Assembly: GCA_009103225.1 (NCBI GenBank)
Contig: RHPI01002272.1
Location: 13,451-77,450 of the forward strand
Length of the DNA stretch: 64,000 bases
Direction of reading: 5' to 3'
Source: Chlorokybus atmophyticus
Lineage: Eukaryota > Plantae > Mesostigma and Chlorokybus algae
A program made the translations under genes and the position numbers. Positions 37,264 through 50,049 of this stretch are shown piece by piece; position 1 is the stretch's first letter; every line of letters starts with the position of its first letter. The notes beneath the pieces are model-generated. The model worked only from the letters and a program-made list of their open reading frames with translations. It was not told where the DNA came from and made no database searches.

Positions 37264-38060
37264 CACTTGAACTCATTGCTTCTGATGCCTGGTATATCGA
37301 AAAGCTTTGCCATAGCCTGTAGCCAGTTTTTTCTTGTCTCCTCGTGCACCTGTTGCCCTTCTTCTATGGGTTGCTGTTTGATCAAGTCGAACTGCTGCTT
37401 CTGCAACTTTTCAAACCCGGTGAGTGGGGGGGTGGGGAGGGGGGTGGGGAGGGGGTGGGGTGGTTGTTCCTCGCTCCAGTAGAACACAGGTACGATGTTT
37501 TTGCTTTCGTTAATCGCTTTCACCAGCTCTGTTAGGCAGTCTATCGACTCCGAAAATCGCTGGGAGAGAATGACAACGACAACCTGTGCAGCGCTCAAGG
37601 CGTCCAACATACTTTGCTGCGCACTTGGGCTCCCTTTCAGATCATTGTCATCAAGAAAGGGTTTGATAGAGTAGTTGGTGCGTTTCAACGCCTCATAGAT
37701 ATACGAGGCGAATGTTCTCTTGGTGTCGGGTCCTCGATGGCATATGAACACATTCCACTGCACACACTCAGTCAGTGCTGAACAATACACAATGCGGTTG
37801 TCACACACACACACACGCGCAGGCGCAGGCGCACATATAAATGTATATAAGTGTATATGCATATAATGGAGCATTGGGTTCCTGTGTGACGAGCAATTTG
37901 AGACTGGTCGCGTCAGCGACACCATGTGACGCAAAGAGATACCCACACAATGCCCAATCACATGAGGAAGTCTCAGGGAGCTTACTGCGGGTGCCGGGTC
38001 TTTGAGATTGTCAATGCTACAACCTTCAGCAAGTGTACTGAGAGATCCCAATGAAGTCAT
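32355..38060 (-). CDS. TIR-NB-ARC-LRR (TNL) immune receptor 1 with extended C-terminal exons; some lesions likely, 3' boundary approximate
   Basis: TIR VFICHRGPDTKRTF..SIDCLTEL (37267-37777). NB-ARC P-loop GMRGVGKTT, LLVVDNV, GLPLAL, MHDLL (35712-37008). LRR exons about 33950-35620. Confidence 0.9.
37187..37260. repeat. (GA)n microsatellite in the TIR/NB-ARC intron
   Basis: Directly visible, next to the GTGAGT donor (minus strand) at 37261-37266. Confidence 0.95.
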
Positions 38061-39099
38061 GACTGCGGGCAAGCGGGCTAAACAGAGAACGACGTGGTAC
38101 TGTCCTCAGTGTGCCCGCACTGCTGCTTCACAAATCAACCCTGCGATTAGTTCGTGAAGAGGCGAGTGCCGAGATGAACTTCAATTACCCTCACATGCGA
38201 TATGGGCGGATATACAAGGCATCTATTAGTGGTCAACTTTTATGTCTGGCCGGCTGCATGCATGCAAGATATGCGATCAGCGATATGCACGTGTGCAAGG
38301 CGTCTGTTAGTGGGCGTCGATTCATGTCTGGCCGTCTGCATGCATGCATGCTCGCAGTGTACTCTGAATCAAAGAACGGATGTGACCGCATCCGCATAGT
38401 CATCGTGTATGCGCATTGAGCTAAGGCAGGTAGGGTCAGAGAAGCTGTGCCAAAGGCAGTGGCCAGTCACAAGGTCACTGTGCATTCTGGCATGGCAAGT
38501 ACGTACAGCTGCTAGGCGACGACCTCACGCCCGCCGCTGCCTGCCCACAGCAGCGAGGAGTGAGCCTCGCTGAGGTGCAAGAGCGACTCTGGACTGGCGG
38601 AAGAAGCAATCGCAAGCAGCGCTGCCAATCCGCTGGGCGTGGGGCGCAAGGAGGCCGGCACCGGCGGCCGCAACACCGGCAGCAGAGGCAATATCCGCCA
38701 ATCCTGGTCGGGGCAGTGGCCAGCGCGGCACAATATCTGATGCCATTTGGCTACACGTTCTGGGCTCCTGAGGTTCCTCTGACCCTTTTCCTCTGCGGTC
38801 GTACCACCATTCCAAACCACCTAGGTGTTCCTCTCGCACCGCCGACAAACTGCGAAGGGCACGTTTCAGGCCTGAAACGTGCCCTCCGCATTTGGTCGCG
38901 GTGTGAGAGGAACCGCTGGCGGTGGCGGCGGGGGCGGGCAATGTGGAGGGCGAGGGCGCGGGCACAAGACTAGCACAACATGCACCCAACACTGGCAGCC
39001 ATCTTCGCCCTGCAGCTCGCTTGCCTCTACTGCTTCCAGCAAGCAGAGTCAGTGATTGCATGTGCCCGGTGCGGGTCTCTCGTCTGCGACTCTCGCTAG

Positions 39100-39988
39100 G
39101 CGGAGCAATATGCTCCCGGTTTGAGCAACAATGACGCCTTGATATGATTTTGTCATGTCAAGGAAACCTTTGCGTGGGCCTATTACTGGTCTGCACGAGT
39201 TCAACTACAACAACCAACTTCATGCATTAAACATGCTCAAGCGTTCGCTTTATGCTTCTTGCCGTTGTGATGCTTCCATGAAAGCCGCTGTAAGACGTAG
39301 CTCGCTCTGGCTAAGTGCTACTCACTACAAGCAGTTTGACGGAGATGAATCATTACGGTCAGACTGCCGCAATAACAGCTGCGCAGATCTTGTTGGCGTT
39401 GCCTGCGAAGTCCAGCGGCGTAGCTGGCCTAAGCTGGCGTTCGCCTTGATTGCTACCTGTTGTTAGGTTTGCTGGTGTACATATCTTCCTAGGATTTTGC
39501 AGCTGTACACGGCCAGACTTCCGTGGCGGCAAACATGTGGACAGCTGCAAATACTAGCCAGGACATCGCTGACTACATGACGACATGCAAGCACCGATGG
39601 CCTGACTACCACATGCTATATTTGAATTCGTAAGTATCATTGGTTGAAGATTTATACTCTCGTGTGCGCAGGCTGCATCAGCACCATGCTGCCCATGCTG
39701 CTACACTGTGTTAGCCAGCCAGGGGCCTTATAACGTCATTAATGGTGGACCCAACAGCTTTAAGGTATCTTTAGATGAATTCCTTTGTGCCAATGCTTTG
39801 GAGAGCGCCATAACACCTGGGGAAGTCACGACCGTGAGACCCTTTGCTGGCGGTCAACAGGTGCGGGTCCACACATGGGCAACAATCATGTCTTGCTATG
39901 CATTGCATTTTGTCTTTTATGATCAAGCCTGCAAGGCTGCCGGGGTAATAAGCCAGAACATGTTGACAATGCATGCTTACGTGGTGAT

Positions 39989-40036
<48 letters not shown>

Positions 40037-41830
40037 NCCCCCCCCCCCCCCCCCCCCTGTCCGAATGCTGGTGCTAAAGCTGTTGCACACGAACACCACA
40101 TGCCAGCGCTTGGGGGCAGCTTTGGTTGCGGATTGCCAATACGCCTCCGCGACAATCTCCCCAAAAACAGGATGCAGCATCTATTCTGATGCAGGAACCT
40201 GCAGCTGCGCCCTGGGTCTGCTCCTCCCACAGCAACGCCAGTCAGCTCACCACCACCATCGTTATTGCCACCGGGCGGATTGCCAGGCAGGGCATTATAC
40301 TGTCATCTGCTATGCAACCATGTGTTCAACGGGCCAGTCAAAGCAGTATGCAGACACACAACTAAGGGCGTGAACATGTCTACGTCTGTTTGTACCACAC
40401 TGTGTGGTCGTCGTTGCGTCGGTCATCTTCTTGCAGTTGCTGCCCGCAACTGTGCAATGCATGCATGTGTTGAGAGACTCTGACTGGTTATAACGCAGGT
40501 TGGAAACTTGCGCTCAAAATAATTGCTAGTTTTGTTGGAGCATGTTTGGTGGTGGATGGGCTATGTTATTGACACAGCCTGCGAGCGTTCTGCCGCAGTC
40601 AAGGTATTATGCAACCAAACAGAGGCACTGCCACAGTATGGCATACGTTGCAAAATATGAATAGATCGTCGTGGTCAGGCTGTCAGATGTATACAAGTCT
40701 TGCGCATGGTTCCTTAGTACTCTCTGCGTGCATGTGAAAACTGCACAGTAATACACCCGCGTGCATGCAGAAAGTAGCTCGGTTCAATTGGGAAATAAAC
40801 ATGTGGCACAATCACAGGTTGTACAGGTCGTCGCTGGGAGGCGGTTAAAGTCAGACAGTTCGACCGCAGGTGAGCGAGTTGCGGCCATGATTATTATCAT
40901 TGTGCTGCTCTTACCGTTGAGCAGTGGTGGTGTATGCTCATGCGGGCATTGTAGCGGCTAGTCGCATGCATGCTTGCCTAGGAAATCAATAACACTGGCG
41001 ACAGTGCATCTGTGCACACATGTAGAGCCATGCTTGTTATGCATTCGCCAAATGCAGCATAAACTGTTGACAACTCATGTACTGCTGCTTGCAATTTGGA
41101 GCGAACAGTCTTGGTGTAGTGTCCTTCAGCGATACTGGGTCTAAAGCATATTGCATCAGTACAAACCAGCTTTGAGATCATCCTGTCCGCAGTGTTGCAC
41201 ACAGGTGATGATACGCTGGTACCAAGCGCGGTAAATGGTATTCATAACGGGGCTGAGCCTATTGATAGCACTACAACCGTTGCGGCTGCAGGCAACGCGC
41301 GTGTGGCAGAAAGAGCAACCCATCCCATTCTAGAATTTGAGGCCACGCATGCATCATCGGCGCCAGCAGGTGAGCTGCACTGCGCAGTTATGCTGCATAT
41401 GTTGCATGTACATCAAATGCAGGACATGCATGCGCATGCACATGTACACACAACACCTGCAGACAGATGTTACCACCTTGTGCATATGTTCTTTGGCTTG
41501 CAATTTTGTACATAGCATTTCAAGTCATGTGTGCTTTATTGCTCATGATGTTCCCCCAACTGAGTTGCACAGCCAGTGCAAAGTAAGATGAAGTGAGTCA
41601 AACTTCACATGGCATGCTAAGTTATTCGGTCTAGAATCGTAGAGTCGACTCCATCGCAAGGCATGCAAGTTGAATGTCACCGGTGCTGCGTGCAGGTGCA
41701 CCCACACCAGTTGCTGTTGGGCAACCTGCTGCTGCGGCGGCGGCGGCGGCGGCTCATGCCGTAGCCGGAACCTCAACCAGTGCGGCTGCAGCAGGGTGCC
41801 TTAACTTGGCGTTGTGTACATCTTGCTTAT
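39100..41830 (+). pseudogene. Unresolved multi-exon coding region upstream of SEFIR copy 2 (possible extracellular/TM part)
   Basis: Splice-bounded protein-like pieces, e.g. MWTAANTSQDIADYMTTCKHRWPDYHMLYLN|gtaagt, GPYNVINGGPNSFKVSLDEFLCANAL and an Ala-rich linker at 41695-41800. Hydrophobic stretches near 40390-40440 and 40885-40920. Confidence 0.35.
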
Positions 41831-41910
41831 TATGGCGTGCTGCAGACCCTGCACACCTAATGCTGTGACTCTGTTGCACTTCACTCTAACCCATGATGTT
41901 TTTTTTGTAG

Positions 41911-42597
41911 GCCGTCGAGTGTGCATACCTCTGTGTTTATCAGCTATTGTCAGACGGATCCAGAGCATAGAACGCGAGTGAGGCAGCTAGGAAGCAAGTT
42001 GCGAGACGGACGGTATCACGGTCATCGTTGACTACAAGCATGACGAATCATTGTCATGGCCTGATTTCATCATACAAATGGTGGCACCAGGGGTGAAGGT
42101 GGGCATGCACTATACATGTGCTCAACTCTGTTACTTGATTGAATGAGCAACACCCGTGATCGTCGGGTTTGCAGGTCATTGTTGCTTGTGATGAGCATTA
42201 TGCGAGACACTGTCAAGGCCAGCGACCGCCCGGGGTGGGCCCCACATTACCACTCCCCTCATCACCAGGTGAGGGGAGCGGTATTGGCGTTCGCATTGAG
42301 ATGAACCTTATTTCCAACAAGCTGTACGAGCAACCAAACAATGCTCGTTGGCTAGTGCCAGTGCTGTTCGTACCGCCTGGCAGAAGAAAGCACGTGCCAA
42401 GGCAAATTGCAATGTACGATCACGTCATCATAAAGTGGCAAGAGCAGGTCAGACGGAAGCACTGTTTGGGTGCTGCTTGTAAGGTGCTGATGTGACGCCA
42501 CTAATTTTTGACCCGCGCACCCGCTCATCAACTCTTACAATTTCAGGAGCTTGATGGGCAAGGTTAAAATCAATTATTGCGACGCTTTTCAGCCTAA
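41911..42597 (+). pseudogene. SEFIR domain, copy 2, three exons
   Basis: SVFISYCQTDPEHRTRVRQLGSKLR-DGITVIVDY..SWPDFIIQM (41911-42098) | VIVACDEHY..GIGVRIEMNLISNKLYEQPNNARWLVPVLF..HVPRQI (42175-42447) | ELDGQG*NQLLRRF. Intron positions match copy 1. Confidence 0.8.
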
Positions 42598-42919
42598 GAA
42601 CTGAGTTTACGCCTTTGTTCAGTATAGAGAGGAGTGTGATTCATGTCACAACCACCTTGCGTTGTCAACACTTGGTCAGCCCAACAGCTGTCATTTTATC
42701 CGCTAGTACGAAACTTGCTCCTTCCGAGGGAGTACTTGAACTTTAATGTCGAAGATCAATCCCTCAGGGAGAGTTTTATCATTCGTTTATAATAAGGAAC
42801 CATTAATATAGTAAGTCGTAATGTGCATCCAATTGCTTTGCGCGATAGTTGAGTTTACATTGAGCATCTGCCACAATGCGTTTGGGATTGATGATAATGC
42901 AACTCATTATCGCAACACT

Positions 42920-42959
<40 letters not shown>

Positions 42960-43558
42960 NGGGTCTGTGCATAATAGCGCACCAGGAAGTACACGCCGGG
43001 TGACTCATGATACTGCAAAAGCAGAGCTAAAAGCAAGACAAATAGCAGATGCTCACCTTGCCAAATGCAGTGTATGCGTGCCTACCAACACGTGGTGCAT
43101 CAAGTAAGTTCATGCATCTTTGAAGTTGTGCCGCACAACTTCAAAGATGCATGAAAAGGAAGGGCAGCACTTGCACCTGCTGTGCACCTGCTCACCAAGT
43201 TACTGCGGGCTGCAATATGCTTCATGCATGGACCTGTCGTCAAGGCATGACATGACATATCCACGGCCATCATTGTCACGATTATCAAGCTGTAACATAT
43301 GCACACCAATCTATTGACTCATCACTTTAACTGCAACGTTTGCCCACCCTCGTTGACACAGCGCACAAATGGCATACCGGTCGCATGCCAATGACCGTCA
43401 TGCCATGCACACATATCCGGCTAGACCATATGCATACACACCAGCGAATGTTGTGCAGATGTATACAAACAACTACATATTGCAACCGTCTGCAGACAAA
43501 GCCTGCTATGTCGCCGCGCCAATTGACAAGTGTGAGGTGGGCAAGGTTCCGAAAGATG

Positions 43559-44260
43559 CTAACTACCTAAACGCCTCACCCACCTTAACAGCTTGCGAAG
43601 TGACGTTAGTGACTCCGCTTTATCATTGGAGAGCTGATGAGCCCGCTGCCTGAGGATATGATTGGGCTCCCGGGCCTCTCTCACCCCAGCAGTGACGAGC
43701 TCCTGCAATGCGTTGTTGATTGAGCTCTCTTGCCTCTCGGGGTACGCATTGCGGTATGCCTGCTCCAGCAGGTAATAACGCCGCGGCCGCACAACAGCCT
43801 CAGCAACCGAGAGACGAAGGTAATGCTTGCCGGTGGAGGCATAAAAATTCGCACCCTTTGGAGAATACCAGTTGGCAATGTCAATGGGCTCCACCAGCAA
43901 CCGATAGTTGTTGCCTCTTGCGAGCCAGTCGCTTGTGGAAGAAAGAATGTCCTCTGGGATGGAACCGCGCTCGTACTGCGTGGTAACCCAATCCCAAAAA
44001 TTCTTAAGTTTTACCCGAGCTTTCTCAATCTGCGGTGGCCGGTTCTATTTGAAGCCAACATAGTAGTCTTGTTCGTCCTGGTACTGCTTGATAACATCCA
44101 TCGCGTCATCAACACCATCGTACTTCATAGACAGCTCTGCTGCCTGCCTGTTTCGAGCATCTTCCCTGTTGCGCACAAAAGCATACAGTCCAAACAGGAA
44201 CCCGAGCAAGCCGACCAGACAGGCGAGGATGCTGGGCCAGGGAGGCGCTGGTTCAGCCAT
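43559..44260 (-). CDS. Transmembrane-anchored stand-alone EP-domain protein, copy 2 (intronless, one internal TAG at 44045-44047)
   Basis: MAEPAPPWPSILACLVGLLGFLFGLYAFV (TM)..DAMDVIKQYQDEQDYYVGFK*NRPPQIEKARVKLKNFWDWVTTQYERGSIPEDILSSTSDWLARGNNYRLLVEPIDIANWY..GKHYL..RPRRY. Confidence 0.85.
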
Positions 44261-47200
44261 CTGTTGGGTTGTAATAAGCCCCACGCGTGCATGCGCTCTT
44301 GCTCTTGCTCCTTCCCCTTTGTACAGCGGACTCGGGCACTGCGCATGCACGTGTTGATGTTCAGTTCACTGTTCAATTGATCCCCATTGCTTAGAGCGGA
44401 CATGTTGCAACACCCCGCAGCAGTGCAAACGCTCCTGCAACCAAAATTGATTGCAGACTTACTCAACGTGTGTAAGCTAAGCTGCCCCAAACCAAGCACC
44501 AGCCCAGCCAAGCTGTGGTGACTCGGACTGGCACGACTCAGTTCAGCTGGCGAGCATGATGGCAGCAACTGCTTACGGACATGTTTACAGCATGGCTAAC
44601 GGGAGCGCTCGCATTAAGCAACAGCAACAACATTACAAGTTTAAAAGCCAACTACTTGCTACAGCGGCCAGGGTGGAGCAAGAAACGCAAGCAGTACAGT
44701 GCTACGCCGGTATATGTGCATGCATGTAAGCCAGCGTGAGCAAGCTGTTGCACTGGTCGATACATAAACAGGCAGCACTGATGGCGTCTTGCACCTTCTA
44801 GCTAGCAAGCTAAACCAACCTCTCACCAGGTTTGAGCTTCAGGCTTCCTTGCTCCAGCAGCAACCTCTGGAGTTGAAGCCAACAGCTTCAGAGCAAGGAC
44901 AGCGCCTCCTTGCTGACCCAGCCAGCCAGCAACCTCGTCGGGCTACCGCAGCGCCCCTTCCTACAGGCGCAAGTTGCCCATACCCTTACCCCTTCAGCGC
45001 AACGGCAGCGTCGCCGCCCGTCGCCCCCTCCTCCCTCCCGCCCACAGCGTCAACAAGCTGGCTCAACTTAACGCGAGCATTCCATTTATGAGGGGTAGGA
45101 GAAAGTCTTGCGGCCAGCACTTGACTTCGTCTCATCGGCTGCATGCGACTTGAAACATGTCTCCGGGTCCAAAAGAACGAGATACCGGTAGGTTACAGAA
45201 TAGTGTCGTCTTCTGACAAAGTCTTTGTTACAACTTGCAGTATGGGCTCTGGTGTTTGGGTTTCAATGAGCGAGATGTTAAGACGCTATGCGACAGAGGA
45301 GACCTGAATGCCCGTGCACTATGTGCTAGAGATTGGCGGCGGAGTGGGTGGGGCGGAGCTGAGCCGTCATGCAGGCCGCTCTACCTACTGCTGGAGATAA
45401 GTGGTGCAAGCCGCTGACGGTTGGAGCAACTACGCCCTCCTCCCCGCCAGCCGGCTGCGCAGTGCAAAAGCTAGCGTTGGCTGCAAACACGGTGCGCTAT
45501 ACCTTCTGCTGTTGAGTAGGCTGCGCGTGTTTGCTGCTGTCGCACAACAAGTCTGCTTGGGCAGGGCAATCAGAAGTTACGTAGTACTCGAATAACGTGC
45601 TTTGCAATGGATAGCCAGCTGCAGCCAGTGTAGCAAGCTGGTTGCAGCTAGTTGCAACAATCAAGTAGGGTTGTTTGTGGTTCAGAAATATTGTCACTGA
45701 GCCGTGCTCCTGCAGACAAGGTTCTAAAAGTCATCGATGATCAATTCTTGTGACGCAGCGAGGTGTCTGCAGGTACGAGTGGCTTGACAATTGAAGATAG
45801 CAGTATCTGAAGGTAGGCATTGACGCGCCAAGTAGTAGTGATTAGTCCTCGTGATATAAATTCTGCACGACGCTGTCATGCCACTGCTTGCATTTCAGAC
45901 ACGTTGCTGACAACATAACAGCAGCCAGCTCGTTGCTGTCATGTTCTCCATCAGTCAAATCAATCCTGCGTTCCGCGGCCAGCATGCATGTTTGCGTGCA
46001 TTTTATGCTGCGTACGGGTATCTGCAACACGTCCTATTGCAGGTGAGTGGTAGGTGTTGGCAAGCAACTGCCTCGCATCTGCCACTACCTGCTCAACCAG
46101 TAATTTTTGCAAGAGCTTTGATCCACAAAACTGTGTCTGGACTCAAACACAGATTTGAAAAATCAGTTGTAAGCAGCCCCCCACTCCCAAGTAGCTGCCC
46201 TTGTGAATGCCGTGCTTGTAGTGGTGTATCTGACCCTGCTGAAGGTTAAGCCCTTTTGTCGTTGATATCACCTTGTGGATGTGTGGCTGCATCGGCTTCG
46301 TGGCTCTCGTGCGTGCGTGCGTGCGTGCGTGGAAACTGCAATTGTATGTGTGTCTGTGTGCGTGTGTGCGCGTGCGCGCATGAGCGCATGCGCGGACACA
46401 CGTGCGCGTCATGGTACATGCATGTAAACTACACAACAAGCGGGCACATCGCAGGGGTCGCCTTCCACCATTGCATCATCACTTGTCGTAGCCATTGTGT
46501 GACCAAGTACATGTACTAATGGCTTGATGTTAGCTATGGATGCACAACAGATCAGCAGCACTGCTACCAGTTGTACCAATCGCGCTGAAGTACAACTTAC
46601 ATCAGAGTGCAGAGGCTTTCTAACTGTTGTAATCATCACTTGCTGGGTCGTTGTTAAGCATGCACATTGTCATGGTAGACTAGTGATAGCACACAATCTG
46701 GTAAGCGTTCCATGAACACATCTACAAACCATCAGTCAACTGTACAGTCAACCACCTGCAGTAGTCATAGTCAACTTATACAGCACATTGCCATTAAAGC
46801 TAGTGTGAAATGATGATGCAATGGTTGCTATACTTGTGAGTTATAAACATACTTGGCTGACAACCACTCCAAGTGCACTTGCACACATGAGTCATGTGTC
46901 CACGTATGTGTCGAAACAGTTGTCTGCGAGTCAATTGTTACTGGTTGCCATTGAGACAGGTATTGTCTGCATGTGTAGCATGTGCAAGTTTACAGGCAAT
47001 AAGCAGCAATAACGTCTACATGTCACAATGCGGTGCTGGCTAAAGTAGAGTGACAATGCCGCAACAGCATAGCGACAACCGCAACGACCGAATCACACAT
47101 TCAGCCAGCCGTCTACCCACCTCAACACTCTTGTCACCAGCATTGCCACCATGTACCTGGGCTGCGCGGACCCGTGGCCCACCCGCACGACCACGCTCGC

Positions 47201-49199
47201 TCGCGTCTACCTCATCACGCATGAACCAGCGCGTGAGGCCTGCAGGTACACCCCCCTGCAACGTGTACACGTAATCTGCAGTTGTTAATGAATGCTGTTA
47301 CCCAAGTACGCATAGTATGTCATGTAGATAACACGCACTCGCACTCGCACATGCACAGTGTGTACTGGATGCGGTAGGTACAAGAGACTCCCACACGGTA
47401 CAAACGGCACAATGTGTGGCGGTAGTGCGTACAAGTCGCTTGTAACACTTGTAAGTGCAAGGCATCCTGTCCAGATTGATCAGTGACGATTAGGTTTACC
47501 GCAAGCAATAAGCCTACCGAAAATCTGGGATTGCATTTGTTTTATTGACAGTCGGCAACTTTGATTTACTGTGTACTTGACATTTGGGCTGTCATGTCGT
47601 GTGCATGCAGGCAGGTGCGCTAGTGTGAAATTAGCGCGCATGATTGTGCGTGCAAAAGGGCTGTGGTCGTGTACCAGGAGTGTGCGTAGATGTACCAAGA
47701 GAGACAGCAACAGATCAGGGTACAGCGGTGCGCATGCACGAGAACGCAGTAAAGTTCGGGGAGGGGGGAAGGAAAAAGGAAAAGGGGAGAGAAGAGCAAG
47801 GATGGTAGGGGCGGGGGAGAGAGAGAGATTGGACGACGGCAGGTTGACTTCTACTTACAAAGAAAAAAAGAAACAGTGGTTGCTACGCACCCAGCCTTTC
47901 ACCCACTGCCTCCGCCTCCTCCTCCTCCTCATGCGCCGCCGCCGCCGTTACCGAACCCTGCCTCGCTACCGGCCGGTGATGCAAGATTGAAGCGATTGAG
48001 AGCTCATCATCAGCTTGTCCTCGTTGGCGGGGGCGGCGGCAGCATCGTCGTCTTCGCCGTGCAGGCGTCATCGTCGCCTGTTGGGTGGCTGCCTCCAGCT
48101 CGGACATACCAACACAGAGGTTGGCTCCCACTCCGTCGCCTCTCCTGTGCGAATCATGCTCTCAATCCCACACTTGCAAGCATCCAGCTGCCTGTTTGGG
48201 TGTGGTTGAGCATGTGCGCATGTAAGGTGAATGTGTCGAGAATGCGTAACCGCGTGAGTACGAGCGCATGTGAGCATGCGCCAGTGTAAGTGCAACGTAA
48301 GTGTAAGAGCAAGAGTACATGTCTGTGACTATGTAGTTGAAGAACATGTGAACATGTATGTGCGAGACTGCATGTGTGGATGAGTGGTAGCGCTTCAGTT
48401 TAATTCAGTGGCTGTGCTTGTATAGGCTGTAGGGTTCAGCCTTTGTCAACACATGCAGAGTGTCGTGCTGTTGTTCTTTGTCCGCTGTCCAACAACCATA
48501 TCCGCATGCAGTTGACAGCACCCTTGAAAGTACCATGCTTGGTGTTGTAGTTGCTTTGGGAATGTAGTCTGTCTCAGTATTATACCCGATTCACTTGCTA
48601 GCATGGATGCAGCATGCGTAGTAAGCCACCCAACCATTGTTTTCTTTACAACAGGCAGCGCGGAGAGAGCCGCAGTGATATATGACGCAGGGATACAAAC
48701 CTTGCAGCATCCAGCATGGACTGAAGTAGCGTTCTCGTGCGCTCGGAACAGTTTTTATTCCTTCGCTGGTCATACTCAGTGTAGGCAGGCTGCCTACACC
48801 AACAAAGCTGGCTAGTGCGCATAGCCTCGCCTAGCAGCGACTGTAGCATCAGGCCATGATGCATGCCAAGCGGCTTGTCGCATAGCCTTACCCAACTAGG
48901 GATAGCTGTGCGGCAAATGGTTGGTTGCCTATGATAGGGGGCAATGTGGTTGCACACGCACGATCACATGGGGAGACTTGCCATCATGTATAGTATACGA
49001 CTGTAGGGTACAAGTGTAGACTACAAGTGTTGCTAGACAACGATACACTCGTCATTCATGTAAAGGATGGGACATGGTCCACCCTGTTTGGGGTGCAAGT
49101 GAATCAACCGAAGTTGTACATTTGGTACAATAAAAGCCAGCCAGCGCCCTATCCGTGCAGTCAAAATCTCTGTCAGCAAGGCAGGCTCTTGAAAAAGAG

Positions 49200-49900
49200 G
49201 CCTTTACAAACGCTGCCATTGTGCGCTGACCGATCTGCGGAGCAGCTGTCGCAATACACCTCGTCCAACAAGAACTCTATCCCCGCCAACACTGTGGGGC
49301 TCGCAGTACTCCACGAACCAGCACTTGCGGATGTTGGTATACGCCATCAGAAGGTACATCTGCGCAAGGTGGTGCGNNNNNNNNNNNNNNNNNNNNNNNN
49401 NNNNNNNNNNNNNNNNNNNNNNNNNNNNNNNNNNNNNNNNNNNNNNNNNNNNNNNNNNNNNNNNNNNNNNNNNNNNNNNNNNNNNNNNNNNNNNNNNNNN
49501 NNNNNNNNNNNNNNNNNNNNNNNNNNNNNNNNNNNNNNNNNNNNNNNNNNNNNNNNNNNNNNNNNNNNNNNNNNNNNNNNNNNNNNNNNNNNNNNNNNNN
49601 NNNNNNNNNNNNNNNNNNNNNNNNNNNNNNNNNNNNNNNGGGGGGCGTGGGGGCGTGTTATTCTGCCTGATCTTGCGGGTGAGTGGGCCATGCTTACCAG
49701 CAGGCAGATCCCATCGGGTAAAGCACTGATAGGTAGTCGCACTAAGGGTGTTTCAACGAGCAGAACTATTCGACCAACTTGTTGTAGTTTTGTACTATAG
49801 CCAGCCCGGGCATGTCAGTCAATCCTTGTGCAATCTTCGGATATAACGTTCCCAAGCACGATTAGCATGCAATGCTTCATTGCAATTGACGTCACCCTGG
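49200..49900 (-). pseudogene. Possible YqaJ/lambda-exonuclease-family PD-(D/E)xK nuclease fragment spanning an assembly gap
   Basis: AMKH..HARAGY..QQVG..PISALPDGI upstream of the gap and HHLAQMYLLMAYTNIRKCWFVEY downstream. The expected ExK motif would lie within the N-run. Confidence 0.4.
49377..49639. other. Assembly gap (N-run); a second gap is at 57212-57530
   Basis: Runs of n. Confidence 1.
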
Positions 49901-50049
49901 AATAACTCTCCATACCCTCTTCACCTAGTTTGCTTTGATATTAGCAGACAAAATGGCAACAGGCACATATTCGCCGTACTAACAGGTGTCGTGCAACAGC
50001 ACAGCTCTTGCAGCCTACGACCGTTTATATTGTAAATAGTAACAATCAG

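Noticed and set aside
15124-44047. Non-standard genetic code (TAA/TAG = Gln), suggested by TAG at Gln-expected positions in the H3-like and EP genes
   Set aside because: Long Gln-rich ORFs (611-aa pol, 438-aa NB-ARC, 526-aa LRR) contain no TAA/TAG at all, and TGA stops and frameshifts also occur. Mutational decay explains the pattern better.
30400-45000. Lipase-like (GxSxG) domain that would make the EP genes canonical EDS1/PAD4/SAG101
   Set aside because: No GHSLGG-like motif or S-D-H lipase pattern found by eye near either EP domain. An HMM scan is still needed to exclude a very degenerate one.
45322-45350. SAM-methyltransferase motif I (VLEIGGGVGG)
   Set aside because: Isolated glycine-rich match in a stop-ridden frame with no downstream motifs.
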